Assembly: GCA_029982165.1 (NCBI GenBank)
Contig: JARRCN010000004.1
Coordinates: 8,018-72,017 of the forward strand
DNA length: 64,000 nucleotides
Direction: 5' to 3'
From: Candidatus Methanomethylophilaceae archaeon
Lineage (GTDB): Archaea; Thermoplasmatota; Thermoplasmata; Methanomassiliicoccales; Methanomethylophilaceae
This document shows positions 38,090 to 47,912 of this stretch, one piece after another. A program made the position numbers and the translations under genes. How positions within the stretch are numbered: the first letter of the stretch is position 1; every line of letters begins with the position of its first letter. Under the pieces are notes generated by a model. The model saw nothing but the letters and a program-made list of their open reading frames with translations, ran no database searches and had not been told where the DNA came from.

Positions 38090-38977
38090 TTACCATAGTT
38101 CGTATGCGGACTGTTCCATCATGGAGGAGGCGAAGGCAGCAGAGTATAGACACCTTTTCGAAGCCTCCAACGGTCCATACATGAGCCAATCAGCCCCCGA
38201 CATCACTGTTATGGCTACGGAGGAGCTGTCAACATGGCGAGCAAAGCCATCAGCATTCTGTGTAACTGGTGGCCAAGTCTCTACTGTGTTGTGTAGTGAA
38301 CATCCAGAGGGCAGCCCCCATTTAGCTTTTGCAAGCATGATTGCCCTTAAGGCCGCTCCGCCTCTTTGCTCATAAGAGGTGGCAGCTAGATCCAAGAGCG
38401 GCTTTTTGATCCCGTATAACGCAGCCTTATCGACCAGCCCCATCGAAGAAAGCGAGCCGCCGTTATCAAGTAAATGTATCCTCCCCTTAACGGTAATATC
38501 TCCTGGATCAAAGGCAGAAATCACTGCAGAATCGACACCATGATCGCGAAGAGAGGACCATTCATCTTCTGGCGAACCTATATGAAGGCTATTATAAACT
38601 ACACGGTCTAATATCCCTGCCGATTCTGCCTCTTCCAACGCTCTCCTTTTTGTCTTCTGACTACTGGAATCCAGGAACAAAGCACCATTGCTGCAGTCTG
38701 CGGCCGCCGAAAGTAGTCCGTGCACTCCACTGGGTGCATCCATGAAAACGGCAAGGGCATGTCCCATATGAAGACGTTCAGCCAATGATTCGGCAGCACT
38801 GACAGCATCTGATAACCTCTCCGTATCGACCCTGCCTTCTTTTCTGTCTATGACGATGCTATGGTCAGGATAGAAAATGGAGCCCACCAATACCGGTGGG
38901 CGTTTACCTGGCTGTCCTCCAAACATCATAACCCCGATAGCGAACGACGATTGATCTTTTTGGAACTTGAACATCAT
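38090..38977 (-). CDS. MtrH-family methyltransferase (tetrahydromethanopterin S-methyltransferase subunit H-like, MtxH-like)
   Basis: The start FKFQKDQSSFAIGVMMFGGQPGKRPPVLVGSIFY is typical of MtrH. It is pterin-binding TIM-barrel sized (295 aa) and overlaps the MtrA-like gene by 4 nt. Confidence 0.65.
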   Translation of the reverse strand: MMFKFQKDQSSFAIGVMMFGGQPGKRPPVLVGSIFYPDHSIVIDRKEGRVDTERLSDAVSAAESLAERLHMGHALAVFMDAPSGVHGLLSAAADCSNGALFLDSSSQKTKRRALEEAESAGILDRVVYNSLHIGSPEDEWSSLRDHGVDSAVISAFDPGDITVKGRIHLLDNGGSLSSMGLVDKAALYGIKKPLLDLAATSYEQRGGAALRAIMLAKAKWGLPSGCSLHNTVETWPPVTQNADGFARHVDSSSVAITVMSGADWLMYGPLEASKRCLYSAAFASSMMEQSAYELW

Positions 38978-39789
38978 AATCCCCCGCTCAGATAATCCCT
39001 AAGATGTCTTATAAGCTCTGCAGAAGGAACCTCACTTACCATTCCGTCAACGGGATTGATCACATAATCCGGATTTCGGTTAAGGATAATGAACCGGGAG
39101 GAGATCGATAGCTTTTCGTCTGAGAACCCCAGCATACCACCGACAATACGATCGGCAATCTGATTCATATCTTCGCCGATATCTTCACGTTCTATTATCG
39201 GCGAATCGTATATGAGCGGTTGACCGAATGGCTCAGTAGGAATCTTCGCTAAAGACTCCAGCAGCTCCTCCAGGCGCCTTTTTGCCATGGAATCCAGATC
39301 ATAACGTGGGTTGTATTCTATTATCTCTTCAGCCTCCTTTGGCTCCACTAAGTCATGTAGTGTAAGTTGCAGACGGAATTTGGCAATGGCCTCCAAGGGT
39401 GTGTTGCAAAGATACGGTATCGGTGCCCTAGTGCCGATTATGCGCTTCTCTCCATCGACACCGTTACGATGTAGGCAAAGAAGGGCATCGGCTGGATAAT
39501 GTCCAAACTCCTCTCTTCCGCAGACCACCAGATGTCTTATTTTGGGCCTCCGGACCAGGAAGGCTATCATTTTCTCAATGCCTAGATTCTCTGTTTTAAA
39601 TCTGCCCAGAGCATGATATAAATGAGGGGCGAGATCGACATTGCCACCTCCTACTATTGCTACAGCCACAGAGGACGTTTCATTTCCTATGTAGCAATCA
39701 CCCGATGGGCTTCGGCGTTTCTCATAAGTCGAAGCGTTCAAATCCTTTGTTGGACTAATCGCCGCCTCGCTCTGTTTTTTCATAGACAA
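38974..39789 (-). CDS. MtrA-like corrinoid-binding protein (soluble, no C-terminal TM; MtxA-like)
   Basis: [64 protein letters not shown] aligns by eye with the MtrA core [34 protein letters not shown]...LHANGV...IPY. Confidence 0.7.
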   Translation of the reverse strand: [271 protein letters not shown]

Positions 39790-39937
39790 AAATAGGCGGT
39801 ACCACTATTATAAAGTGAAGTCTATTCTTATATAATACTTTAGTTATAATATTATTACCCTTTCCACTGTAGTTATGTTCGCCACAGTCAAAAAGAATGT
39901 AAAGCCCAATTGATCTTTGTTAAATTATTAAATCCAA

Positions 39938-40570
39938 TTAAAAAGAAGCTAGAGTTACATCCAGCCACGATCTCTTCCTCTCAGAACAATGGTACCGTTT
40001 GATGGACTGATGTTGCTTCGCATCAAGTAGACGCAGAGAGGGAAAAAGCTCCTTGATCTCGTCCACAGTGAAGAAATGATACATCACACCGTTACCGCGC
40101 ATGAAAGTCATTGGTTCCGTTTCATGACCAAGACCGCAGCGCATATCGTCCTTGTCGAAAGACCTTATGAACACTGTGCCCCCTGCTGCCAATAAGCGTG
40201 CTATCTCGTCCGCAGCCTCTTTTCTGCAAGGAGTCGAGAGGTGATTTAGTGAATGCACAGCTAGAACGAACTCAAAAGACGCGTTTTCATACGGCATATT
40301 ACGCATATCACCAACTATTATCTCAGCTTCTTTTCCGAGTCTTCCCCGGCATCGTTGTACTGCTGTCGAAGATATATCAATCCCGTTAAGTCTAAGGCCT
40401 TTTCCAGTCAGAGATATAAGTGTCTTGCCATTCCCACACCCTACGTCGAGGACTCTAGATCTAGGAGGGATTTCTATAGGTAAAGAAGACTCGCCTCTCC
40501 AACCCATAGGCTGTGAATTGTAATAACTGTTCCATATCTTTGCTTCATCAGACTCTGGCACACTGTTCAC
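39938..40570 (-). CDS. Class I SAM-dependent methyltransferase
   Basis: Motif I VLDVGCGNGK and post-I acidic residue GIDIS. The longest ORF (to 40732) overlaps the divergent HhH gene. In-frame GTG codons at 40570 and 40561, preceded by GAGGGGGG, are more plausible starts. Confidence 0.75.
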   Translation of the reverse strand: MNSVPESDEAKIWNSYYNSQPMGWRGESSLPIEIPPRSRVLDVGCGNGKTLISLTGKGLRLNGIDISSTAVQRCRGRLGKEAEIIVGDMRNMPYENASFEFVLAVHSLNHLSTPCRKEAADEIARLLAAGGTVFIRSFDKDDMRCGLGHETEPMTFMRGNGVMYHFFTVDEIKELFPSLRLLDAKQHQSIKRYHCSERKRSWLDVTLASF

Positions 40571-40622
40571 CCCCCTCAAATATATGCGATAATATTTAAC
40601 TGCATATTGTACTTGATATGGT

Positions 40623-40859
40623 ATGAGTGAAAAAGAAGACATCATCACCGAATTGTCAAAGATACCAGGTCTGAGTGTGAAGGCTGCTGAGGGCATGTAT
40701 CTTCTGGGTATACGCTCCATCGATGATCTCAAAGGAAAGGACGCCGATGAAATGTACGCTGCCTTGAGAGAGCGAAAGGATTTCTACGCCGAACCTTGCA
40801 TGCATAATATGATAAAGATAGCCATAGGAATGGCCGAGAAAGGTTACCTTAGGCGTTGA
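40623..40859 (+). CDS. Small helix-hairpin-helix domain protein (Cdd1-like)
   Basis: LSKIPGLSVKAAEGMYLLGIRSIDDLKGKDADEMY is an HhH motif. Confidence 0.55.
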   Translation: MSEKEDIITELSKIPGLSVKAAEGMYLLGIRSIDDLKGKDADEMYAALRERKDFYAEPCMHNMIKIAIGMAEKGYLRR

Positions 40860-40863
40860 GATA

Positions 40864-42312
40864 ATGCGGGAAAGGTATTGTTTGGTTGCCAAAATGCCTA
40901 ATGAACCGGGGAGCCTGCACAGAGCGGCCGAAATTCTAAAAAGGCATGACGGAAACATAGAGAGAATTCAATACGATCAGAGGATAGATCCGAATACTGT
41001 ATTCTTCGAGGTGGTGGCTGAAGAGGCCTCTTTCCAAGAAGCACTCGCAGAGCTGGATGATATGGGATATCTGCGTCGAAGCCTTCCGGTTCCGGCCTAC
41101 CTCAAATTCGATATCCGTCTGCCGAATGTGCCCGGAACTCTATTCGAATTTCTGGATTGTATAACGGATACGGGCTCGAACATAGCTTATCTTGACTACG
41201 ATGAGACCATTCCTCGCGGAGAGCCATTGCGGGTAGGTATCGTTTTGGATGATGGCAGCAAGGCAAACGAACTCCTCGATAGACTGAAATCAAGATATCC
41301 ACTGGAAATCTTGGAACACAGCAATGTGAACGAGGATTTGGACAACACGGTCTTTTATGTCCGCTTCGCTCAACAGCTGCGCCCTCTGATACCAGAAGAC
41401 AGCGATGAGTTCCTCATGCAGTTCCTAAACGATTCTAACCACATAGCACAGGAACTAAGAAAGAGGGGATTGGACATGCGCCAGGTATTAAACACTATAC
41501 TAAATGCCGGCTATATGCTGCATGAAAGTGTGAGGTCGGGTTGTGCAGAGCTTCAGAGCCTGGATGTGCCTGGGGGGAAGCTTTACTGCATACAATTCCC
41601 ATGCGGCGGTAATACATACATCGTAGATGTCGGATCCAGAATAATGGTAGACACCGGTTTCGGTATCTATCGCGAGCATATCAGGGATGCCCTCCACTCC
41701 CTGAATATACCATTGGAATCGATTGATGCTATCCTCATAACCCACGCTGATGCCGACCATTGCGGCTCGACTGGGTATATCGATGCCCCTACCTATATGT
41801 CACCGGAGTCACTAAAAGTGCTGCAAGAGAACGATAGATCGTACGGTTCGGCAGTTCAGGGTTCCCTGTTAGAGTCCTTCTACACCAATATGATCAATTT
41901 GTTCTCTGATTTCTCACTTTCTTCAGAGATAAGGATAATAGAAGGAGGAGTTGGCTCAATGGGAGGTTTCAAGATACAAGGGAATGTTCGTATAGGCGAT
42001 GTGGAAGTAATAGCGCTCAAAAGCCTTGGCGGCCATCAGGCAGGACAGCTTTTCTATTATTTTCCTCAGCAGAGACTTCTTTTCACAGGTGACAGTCTAA
42101 TAAATATGAATTCTTTGAACGATGAAAAAAGGGAATACATGTCATTGGCAAAGGTTCTTATGACTTCCGTTAACGTCGATCCAGCCCTTGCAAGGGAAGA
42201 AAGAGCTATGCTGGAGAAGCTCATTCGAGAGATGTCAGAAAAGGGGGATGTTAATGTGTGTCCTGGTCATGGCGACATTATCACTGATTCAGATCGAAGG
42301 TGTGATGTATAG
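40864..42312 (+). CDS. ACT-domain + metallo-beta-lactamase-fold hydrolase fusion
   Basis: N-terminal ACT-like repeats (CLVAKMPNEPGSLHRAAEILKRHDGNIERI and DIRLPNVPGTLFEFLDCI). MBL motif ILITHADADHCG, with distal His/Asp residues (GGHQAG, FTGDSL, CPGHG). Confidence 0.65.
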   Translation: MRERYCLVAKMPNEPGSLHRAAEILKRHDGNIERIQYDQRIDPNTVFFEVVAEEASFQEALAELDDMGYLRRSLPVPAYLKFDIRLPNVPGTLFEFLDCITDTGSNIAYLDYDETIPRGEPLRVGIVLDDGSKANELLDRLKSRYPLEILEHSNVNEDLDNTVFYVRFAQQLRPLIPEDSDEFLMQFLNDSNHIAQELRKRGLDMRQVLNTILNAGYMLHESVRSGCAELQSLDVPGGKLYCIQFPCGGNTYIVDVGSRIMVDTGFGIYREHIRDALHSLNIPLESIDAILITHADADHCGSTGYIDAPTYMSPESLKVLQENDRSYGSAVQGSLLESFYTNMINLFSDFSLSSEIRIIEGGVGSMGGFKIQGNVRIGDVEVIALKSLGGHQAGQLFYYFPQQRLLFTGDSLINMNSLNDEKREYMSLAKVLMTSVNVDPALAREERAMLEKLIREMSEKGDVNVCPGHGDIITDSDRRCDV

Positions 42313-42359
42313 ACCTTTCCACACAGCATCTTGAGTGAGTGACGATATTTTGCAAAGCA

Positions 42360-42839
42360 TCAATCTCTGATACCCGTTCTATCCATTAGAATGTAGTGAC
42401 CTAGCGTTAGCATGACTTTCGAATACCGCTCATCAATTTCTCTGTTTATCATCACTTCTATTCTAGGCTCCGACCACGTAGAGACATCAGTGAATTCCAT
42501 TATATTACACAATTCATTATCGAAGAACGCCATAGCAGTGCCAGGATCGTTAAGGTAGCTTAAGAGAAATACTGCCCCGTCTTCAAACCTAAGGTGGGGC
42601 TCGAATGAATGAGGGTCTGAAAGAATGGCTAGGAGATCGCCGGAAGCTACGATCTCCAAACGCGGGTGCAACATACCTTTCTTATTAATAACAATTAGCC
42701 CCTCCGGGAAAGAGTATGCAACCCCTACAGAATCTGAGCACTGGGTACATATCACCGTCTTTCCGTCTTGCAGTTGAAAGGTATTACCCAATCTTAACCA
42801 ATTGAGTTTTTTTCCCGTTATAGCAGGAATGTCGACCAT
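42360..42839 (-). CDS. Hypothetical protein
   Basis: Clean 159-aa ORF in a gap between well-supported genes. No motif recognised. Confidence 0.4.
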   Translation of the reverse strand: MVDIPAITGKKLNWLRLGNTFQLQDGKTVICTQCSDSVGVAYSFPEGLIVINKKGMLHPRLEIVASGDLLAILSDPHSFEPHLRFEDGAVFLLSYLNDPGTAMAFFDNELCNIMEFTDVSTWSEPRIEVMINREIDERYSKVMLTLGHYILMDRTGIRD

Positions 42840-42883
42840 AAGGTATCGTTGGAAATATTGATTTAAAAGAGTATTGACTCACT

Positions 42884-44530
42884 CTATTTATTACTATTAC
42901 CATAGAGAACAAAGGTCACAAGGACGATGGCGGACAATGGCAAAGCAATGATCAAAGGATCGATGTTCTCCCATGGAAGGCCTGGCCAGCTGATATTCCC
43001 GAATAAAAAGGCACGCAGACCCAGCTGTTCGCTGTTAGTTTTGTGGATGAACAGCGCCCATATACTCCATGCAATGGTGCCTGTTAACATGCTCCATTTT
43101 GCGGCCATGGCATCCGGGCGCTTTGCAAAAAGGGCGTAGGTGTAAGAGGGTAACAACGCCGAAGCCGTGAGACCCATAAACACAGCTGTGGAACGTGCTA
43201 TGATATTGGAGGGCATATAGTATGTTATTACGACGGTAGCCACGATCATAAGCATGGTCCCTATGCGACTGGCGCGCATTGACTTGACCATACCCTTATC
43301 TCTTCCATGGAGCACCTCCTCAGGAGTATAACTTCCGTCACGGTATGCTCGAAGATGTCTCCATATGTCATAACCAGCGGATGCTCCCATGGTATGTAGC
43401 AATGAGCTCAGAGTGCTCATTGCCGCTGCAAGCAATGAAAGTAGGAAAATAGCGATGAAGAATTCGCCCATCATCGTTCCAGAGAACAGCTCGTTGACGA
43501 AGACAGGAATTATCATATCAGCATCACCGCCAACGTATTCTATCGCAGTTTGGCCATAGTGGTTATAGAAGTATACATTGCTTAGCGGCCCCACGGTGTA
43601 GGCCGTGCCAACAACTACAAGAATGAATATACCCCCAACCATAAGAGCCCGGTCAAGGGATTTTCCGCTTTCAGCAGTCATATATCGTACTGCGAGCTGG
43701 GGCTGTGCCAATGCCCCGATGCCAACTCCTAATATGAACGTTGTTACAAATGTGTACCATAGGGGGGAGGCAAAGGTCGGAAAGGAAGTCCAACCAGTCA
43801 TACCAATCGCTGCGAGAGCTTCAGGTACACCAGGATCAACTGCCATGTCTGTAAGGGCTTGATTGGCACTCGTAACACCCCCAAGGGTGAAATATGTGAC
43901 TGCCAAGAGCACGATCATACCAAGAAACATTATCCCACCCTGTAAGGCATCATTGTACATCACCGCAATTATCCCCCCGTATGTCACATAGAGAGCAACG
44001 ATTACTGACAAAAGAAGGATAGCAAAATTCTTGTCAATCCCTAATGATGCAACGACGAAATTCACTCCTCCCAAGAGGATGGCAGCAGAATAGATCGGCA
44101 TACCGATGAGCACAAGGGCAGCAGAGAATATCTGTATGAATGGTGAGTTGAAACTTTTTCCCAGAAAATCAGGGAACGTAAGAGCACCGATCTTTTTGCC
44201 TATACGTCGTGTCCTTTTTCCAAACACTATGAAGGCCACAATCAGGCCAACGAAGATGTTAAGAACCACCAACCAAATGGTGCCCATACCGAATTGACCG
44301 GATATTCCCCCGAAACCGATGATCGCGGAGGTACTGAGAAATGTCGCTCCGTAGGAGAGGGCCAGAACGACGGGATTGATTTTTCTCCCTCCGACCATAA
44401 AGTCTTCGTTTCCTATCGTTTTGCGGAAACCATAGTAACCCAGAGCCATTGTAAGTATCAAAAATATTGTCGCTACGATCCCGAAGATGAGGAGGCTGAT
44501 GTTGTTTTCAATCATCGGGATTCTCCTCAT
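42884..44530 (-). CDS. Sodium:solute symporter (SSS family)
   Basis: About 13 TM segments, with GGRKINPVVLALSYGATFLSTSAIIGFGG near the N-terminus as is typical of SSS. The start is either 44530 or the Met at 44515, which overlaps the stop of the upstream micro-ORF. Confidence 0.85.
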   Translation of the reverse strand: MRRIPMIENNISLLIFGIVATIFLILTMALGYYGFRKTIGNEDFMVGGRKINPVVLALSYGATFLSTSAIIGFGGISGQFGMGTIWLVVLNIFVGLIVAFIVFGKRTRRIGKKIGALTFPDFLGKSFNSPFIQIFSAALVLIGMPIYSAAILLGGVNFVVASLGIDKNFAILLLSVIVALYVTYGGIIAVMYNDALQGGIMFLGMIVLLAVTYFTLGGVTSANQALTDMAVDPGVPEALAAIGMTGWTSFPTFASPLWYTFVTTFILGVGIGALAQPQLAVRYMTAESGKSLDRALMVGGIFILVVVGTAYTVGPLSNVYFYNHYGQTAIEYVGGDADMIIPVFVNELFSGTMMGEFFIAIFLLSLLAAAMSTLSSLLHTMGASAGYDIWRHLRAYRDGSYTPEEVLHGRDKGMVKSMRASRIGTMLMIVATVVITYYMPSNIIARSTAVFMGLTASALLPSYTYALFAKRPDAMAAKWSMLTGTIAWSIWALFIHKTNSEQLGLRAFLFGNISWPGLPWENIDPLIIALPLSAIVLVTFVLYGNSNK

Positions 44531-44627
44531 CGTTGAAATGAAGCCATCCGTAGACGAGGCAAAAGAGTGTTAGACCTAAACACAGAAGATAACCCGACCA
44601 TATCCATGGATCTTCGATACCTAACAT
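44508..44627 (-). CDS. Symporter small accessory membrane protein (39 aa)
   Basis: Hand-translated: MLGIEDPWIWSGYLLCLGLTLFCLVYGWLHFNDEENPDD. It has a single TM, and its stop overlaps the symporter ATG (ATGATTGA). It is below the ORF-track size cutoff. Confidence 0.6.
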   Translation of the reverse strand: MLGIEDPWIWSGYLLCLGLTLFCLVYGWLHFNDEENPDD

Positions 44628-44713
44628 ATTATTGCCTCTCCATTCTTGTAACTCGACCAGCCAGACTTTGTATGACCGCTGTCATACTCGCTCCGTTCAT
44701 TTTTTATATCTTC

Positions 44714-45136
44714 CTAGGCCAGATCTTTCTGGTCCAAAAGCTGGAAACCGTCAGCAAGGAGCGCTTTCACTGAGTTGTCCGTATCATCGACCTTTAGTAC
44801 CAATACGGCGTTCCCGTTGTGACGGAAGGCGTAGGCATAGATGATATTCACTCCCAGCTCACCACATCTTTTTGCCACCCTGTGCAGTCCGCCAGGGCGG
44901 TCCTCTATAGATATAGCAATCACGTCGGTACAGGAGACGGTATAGCCATCTGACTTTAGTGCCTTGTAAGCCTTGGCGGGGTGGTCCAGTAAGAAACGCA
45001 GAATACCGAAGTTTTCCTCCTCAGCGATGCTGAAACCTAATATATTGGCTCCGGCCTGGCCTATAGTACCGGTGACTTTCGCTAAACGCCCGATCTTATT
45101 TTCCACCATCACTGAAAGCTGTTTGAGGGTGCTCAC
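44714..45136 (-). CDS. ACT-domain protein (tandem ACT)
   Basis: LSVMVENKIGRLAKVTGTIGQAGANI and AISIEDRPGGLHRVAKRCGELGVNI. 4-nt overlap with the upstream ligase. Confidence 0.8.
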   Translation of the reverse strand: MSTLKQLSVMVENKIGRLAKVTGTIGQAGANILGFSIAEEENFGILRFLLDHPAKAYKALKSDGYTVSCTDVIAISIEDRPGGLHRVAKRCGELGVNIIYAYAFRHNGNAVLVLKVDDTDNSVKALLADGFQLLDQKDLA

Positions 45137-46437
45137 ATTCTCACTCTCCTATCCAATACCCGTTTTGCCTTCTCTTCAAAACGCGGCAAAGAACCAGGTT
45201 CCATCAGCTCAACGTCAACCCTAACGTTAAGTGTGTCCTTTAGGGCTCCAGCAACTTTTGATCTTATCGCTCTGAGCGTGAGTATGTTGTCAGTGAACGC
45301 TTCCGGATCCAGCTCTACCTGTACAGTCATTTTATCTAGGGCCCCGTCCGAATCCACCAATATCATGTAGTGTTGTGTGACCTCTTCAATCTCTCCCAGG
45401 ACGTGTTCCACTTGTGATGGGAAGACGTTTATGCCGCGAATGATTATCATATCGTCCACACGTCCAGCCACCCTCTGTAAACGGGGATGGGTCCTACCGC
45501 ATGCACATCTCTCCCAGGTGATCTCACTTATATCGCCTATACGATACCTAATGATCGGTAAGGCCTCACGTCTCAGCATGGTGAACACGAGTTCGCCCCT
45601 CTCGCCCTCCCCCACATGCTCTCCTGTTTTTGGGTCTATGACCTCTACAAGACAGAGATCTCCCCATACGTGTACACCATCCTGTTCGTTGCATTCGGTA
45701 AAAAGTGGCCCAGATAACTCACTGGCTCCGTAGCAATTCTGAGCCTTTATTCCCATCCAGTCTTCGATATGACGACGTGTATTCTCGGACCACGGCTCAG
45801 CACCAAGTATTGCAGATCCTAGTCGCGTGTCGTTACGAAAGTCCACACCCATAGATTCTGCTACCTCTGCCATATGAAGTAGGTAGGACGGTGTACAGGC
45901 TATCGAGGTGACCTTTAGATCCTTGATGAGTTCTATCTGCCTCTTCGTACCGCCGGTAGAAGCGGGAACCACAGCGGCACCCAGTTTCTCAGCGCCGTAA
46001 TGCATTCCCAGACCGCCAGAGAATAGGCCATAACCATTACTGACTTGAATTACGTCTCTTTTTCCCAGGCCAAAGGAAGTGAAACTTCTTGCCAGAGATT
46101 CTGACCAGTTTTCTATATCATTTTTTGTGTAACCCACTACTGTCGGTTTTCCAGTGGTTCCTGAGGACACATGATATCGTATGATATCCTCAGGATCGGC
46201 TATTATAAGGCGATCGGGATAGTTATCGCGCAAATCTGTCTTGTTCATAGTAGGAAGCTTGACGATATCTTCTAAAGAGATGATGTCAGAAGGATGGACC
46301 CCGACCTCCTTCATGAGGGTATGATAATAATGCGATTTTTCGTAAATTCTTGTAACCAGTTCCTTCAGCAATCGGAGCTGTAATTGCTCTATTTCCTTTC
46401 TTGGCATCGTCTCTATCGTTTTGTTCCAGAACTGCAT
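45133..46437 (-). CDS. Phenylacetate-CoA ligase family (PaaK / coenzyme F390 synthetase-like adenylating enzyme)
   Basis: VSSGTTGKPTVVGYTKND AMP-binding motif, YGASELSGP, RYRIGD, GRVDDMIIIRGINVFP and a C-terminal KAKRVLDRR. Confidence 0.85.
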   Translation of the reverse strand: MQFWNKTIETMPRKEIEQLQLRLLKELVTRIYEKSHYYHTLMKEVGVHPSDIISLEDIVKLPTMNKTDLRDNYPDRLIIADPEDIIRYHVSSGTTGKPTVVGYTKNDIENWSESLARSFTSFGLGKRDVIQVSNGYGLFSGGLGMHYGAEKLGAAVVPASTGGTKRQIELIKDLKVTSIACTPSYLLHMAEVAESMGVDFRNDTRLGSAILGAEPWSENTRRHIEDWMGIKAQNCYGASELSGPLFTECNEQDGVHVWGDLCLVEVIDPKTGEHVGEGERGELVFTMLRREALPIIRYRIGDISEITWERCACGRTHPRLQRVAGRVDDMIIIRGINVFPSQVEHVLGEIEEVTQHYMILVDSDGALDKMTVQVELDPEAFTDNILTLRAIRSKVAGALKDTLNVRVDVELMEPGSLPRFEEKAKRVLDRRVRM

Positions 46438-46514
46438 CTTCCTACCTCATCCATGTTAGATTATATCACGGCCCGGGTCGTTAAGGAAATTAGAATATTT
46501 TATGATAACGCCCA

Positions 46515-47477
46515 TCAAGGTAGGTGGAGCTTTCCAGCCACACGTAGTTTGCCGCCTTCCAGGTGCATTATTACAGCCTCATCGCTTGGTAAATGAATTA
46601 GCCCCTCCTCTGCCTCCAAAGCAATGATGGTATGTCCTTGCGAAGAATCTACTGAGATCACTTTGCAAGGAACCACCTGCATCCAATGGCCCAGATGTAT
46701 GACCATGCCCTCTCTAAGAGGGCTTTTCCAGAAGGGGTTGAATGACACCTCAGCTACGATGGACTTGCTTATAATTATAAGCGGATCGTTGCTCAGGACC
46801 TGACCGCGATCCAAACGATCGGTGTCTATTCCACGTAGCGCCAATCCAACCCTATCGCCAACACTTGCGGATTCGTAATCGTCATCATGCTTCTGTATTG
46901 ATCGAATGATCACATCATTGCCGAGAGGATATACGGTGAGTGTGTCGTGTCTCCGTACAGTTCCTTTTACCACTTTCCCCAAAACAACTGTGCCCACACC
47001 TCGAACATTGAAGTGCTGATTGATAGGTACGGTTCCACTTCTTCCATCAGATTCTGGCTGCTCAATCCCCTCTGCCAGGTCCAAAAGTTCTTCACGCATC
47101 TTGTTGGCATCATCCGGAACAAAGTGGTAGTTTTCACCGACGGTTCCGTTTAGAAGGGGCCTTATTTGTTCTTCTAAAATGTAATTATGGAGAACTATCC
47201 ATCCTTTGTGGATTCCTAGACAATCCAGCATTATCAACATCTCACCGAAAAGATGGTCTATTTTCTCTACCACCAGAATAGCCATATCGGCCATGGAGCA
47301 TGCATAAAATAGGGGTGCCAGTCGTTCAGGGTAGCGAAGAGGTTCTACAAGTGAGACCTGAGCTCCGGCCCTTTTGATATCATAGAAGTTTATGTCTGTC
47401 GATCCACTCTTCTTGGCTATGGTTCCAGCATAACCAGGAAGACCCAGGACTACTACATTGAGGTTGGGCATCCTCAC
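46515..47477 (-). CDS. EF-Tu/SelB-like translational-GTPase paralog with a degenerate G domain (aSelBL-like)
   Basis: Domain II is canonical (NVRGVGTVVLGKVVKGTVRRHDTL...IQKHDDDYESASVGDRVGLALRGI). The P-loop is VVLGLPGYAGT, with no GK[ST]. G3 DxxG is absent and G4 reads EKID instead of NKxD. Confidence 0.65.
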   Translation of the reverse strand: MRMPNLNVVVLGLPGYAGTIAKKSGSTDINFYDIKRAGAQVSLVEPLRYPERLAPLFYACSMADMAILVVEKIDHLFGEMLIMLDCLGIHKGWIVLHNYILEEQIRPLLNGTVGENYHFVPDDANKMREELLDLAEGIEQPESDGRSGTVPINQHFNVRGVGTVVLGKVVKGTVRRHDTLTVYPLGNDVIIRSIQKHDDDYESASVGDRVGLALRGIDTDRLDRGQVLSNDPLIIISKSIVAEVSFNPFWKSPLREGMVIHLGHWMQVVPCKVISVDSSQGHTIIALEAEEGLIHLPSDEAVIMHLEGGKLRVAGKLHLP

Positions 47478-47483
47478 CGCCTT

Positions 47484-47912
47484 TTAGAGGTCCCCTTCTT
47501 TCAAAAGCCTGATCCCATGATTGAGCAGGGTGTTGATAGCGGACTCAGTGTCATTCACACGTATGAAAAAGATTGCGCCCTCTTTGCCAGAATATGCATA
47601 GCCATACTCAATGTTTATGCCCACCTCCCCTAACACCGCAGCGGCCTCAAACAACCCACCAGGGCGATCTTCCATCGGTATTGCTATAACCTCGGTCTCT
47701 TTCACCACTAAATCCCGATCCTTTAATTTCTGGAAGGCTATGTCAGGATCGCGGACTATCGCACGAAACACACCGAAACCGCTGGCCTCAGCGATATTGA
47801 AAGCGTAAATGTCTATACCCTCTTCTTTCATTATTCTCGCGATTTTCGCCAACCGGCCCGGTTCGTTGTTCACGAATATCGAGAGTTGCTTTATCACGTG
47901 CCTTTTCGGCAT
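47484..47912 (-). CDS. ACT-domain protein (tandem ACT), paralog of 44714..45136
   Basis: LSIFVNNEPGRLAKIARIMKEEGIDI and AIPMEDRPGGLFEAAAVLGEVGINI. TAATG overlap with the upstream ligase. Confidence 0.8.
   Translation of the reverse strand: MPKRHVIKQLSIFVNNEPGRLAKIARIMKEEGIDIYAFNIAEASGFGVFRAIVRDPDIAFQKLKDRDLVVKETEVIAIPMEDRPGGLFEAAAVLGEVGINIEYGYAYSGKEGAIFFIRVNDTESAINTLLNHGIRLLKEGDL

Noticed and set aside
46515-47477. Functional EF-1alpha/SelB GTPase
   Set aside because: P-loop GK[ST], DxxG and NKxD are all substituted, so I did not call it an active elongation factor.
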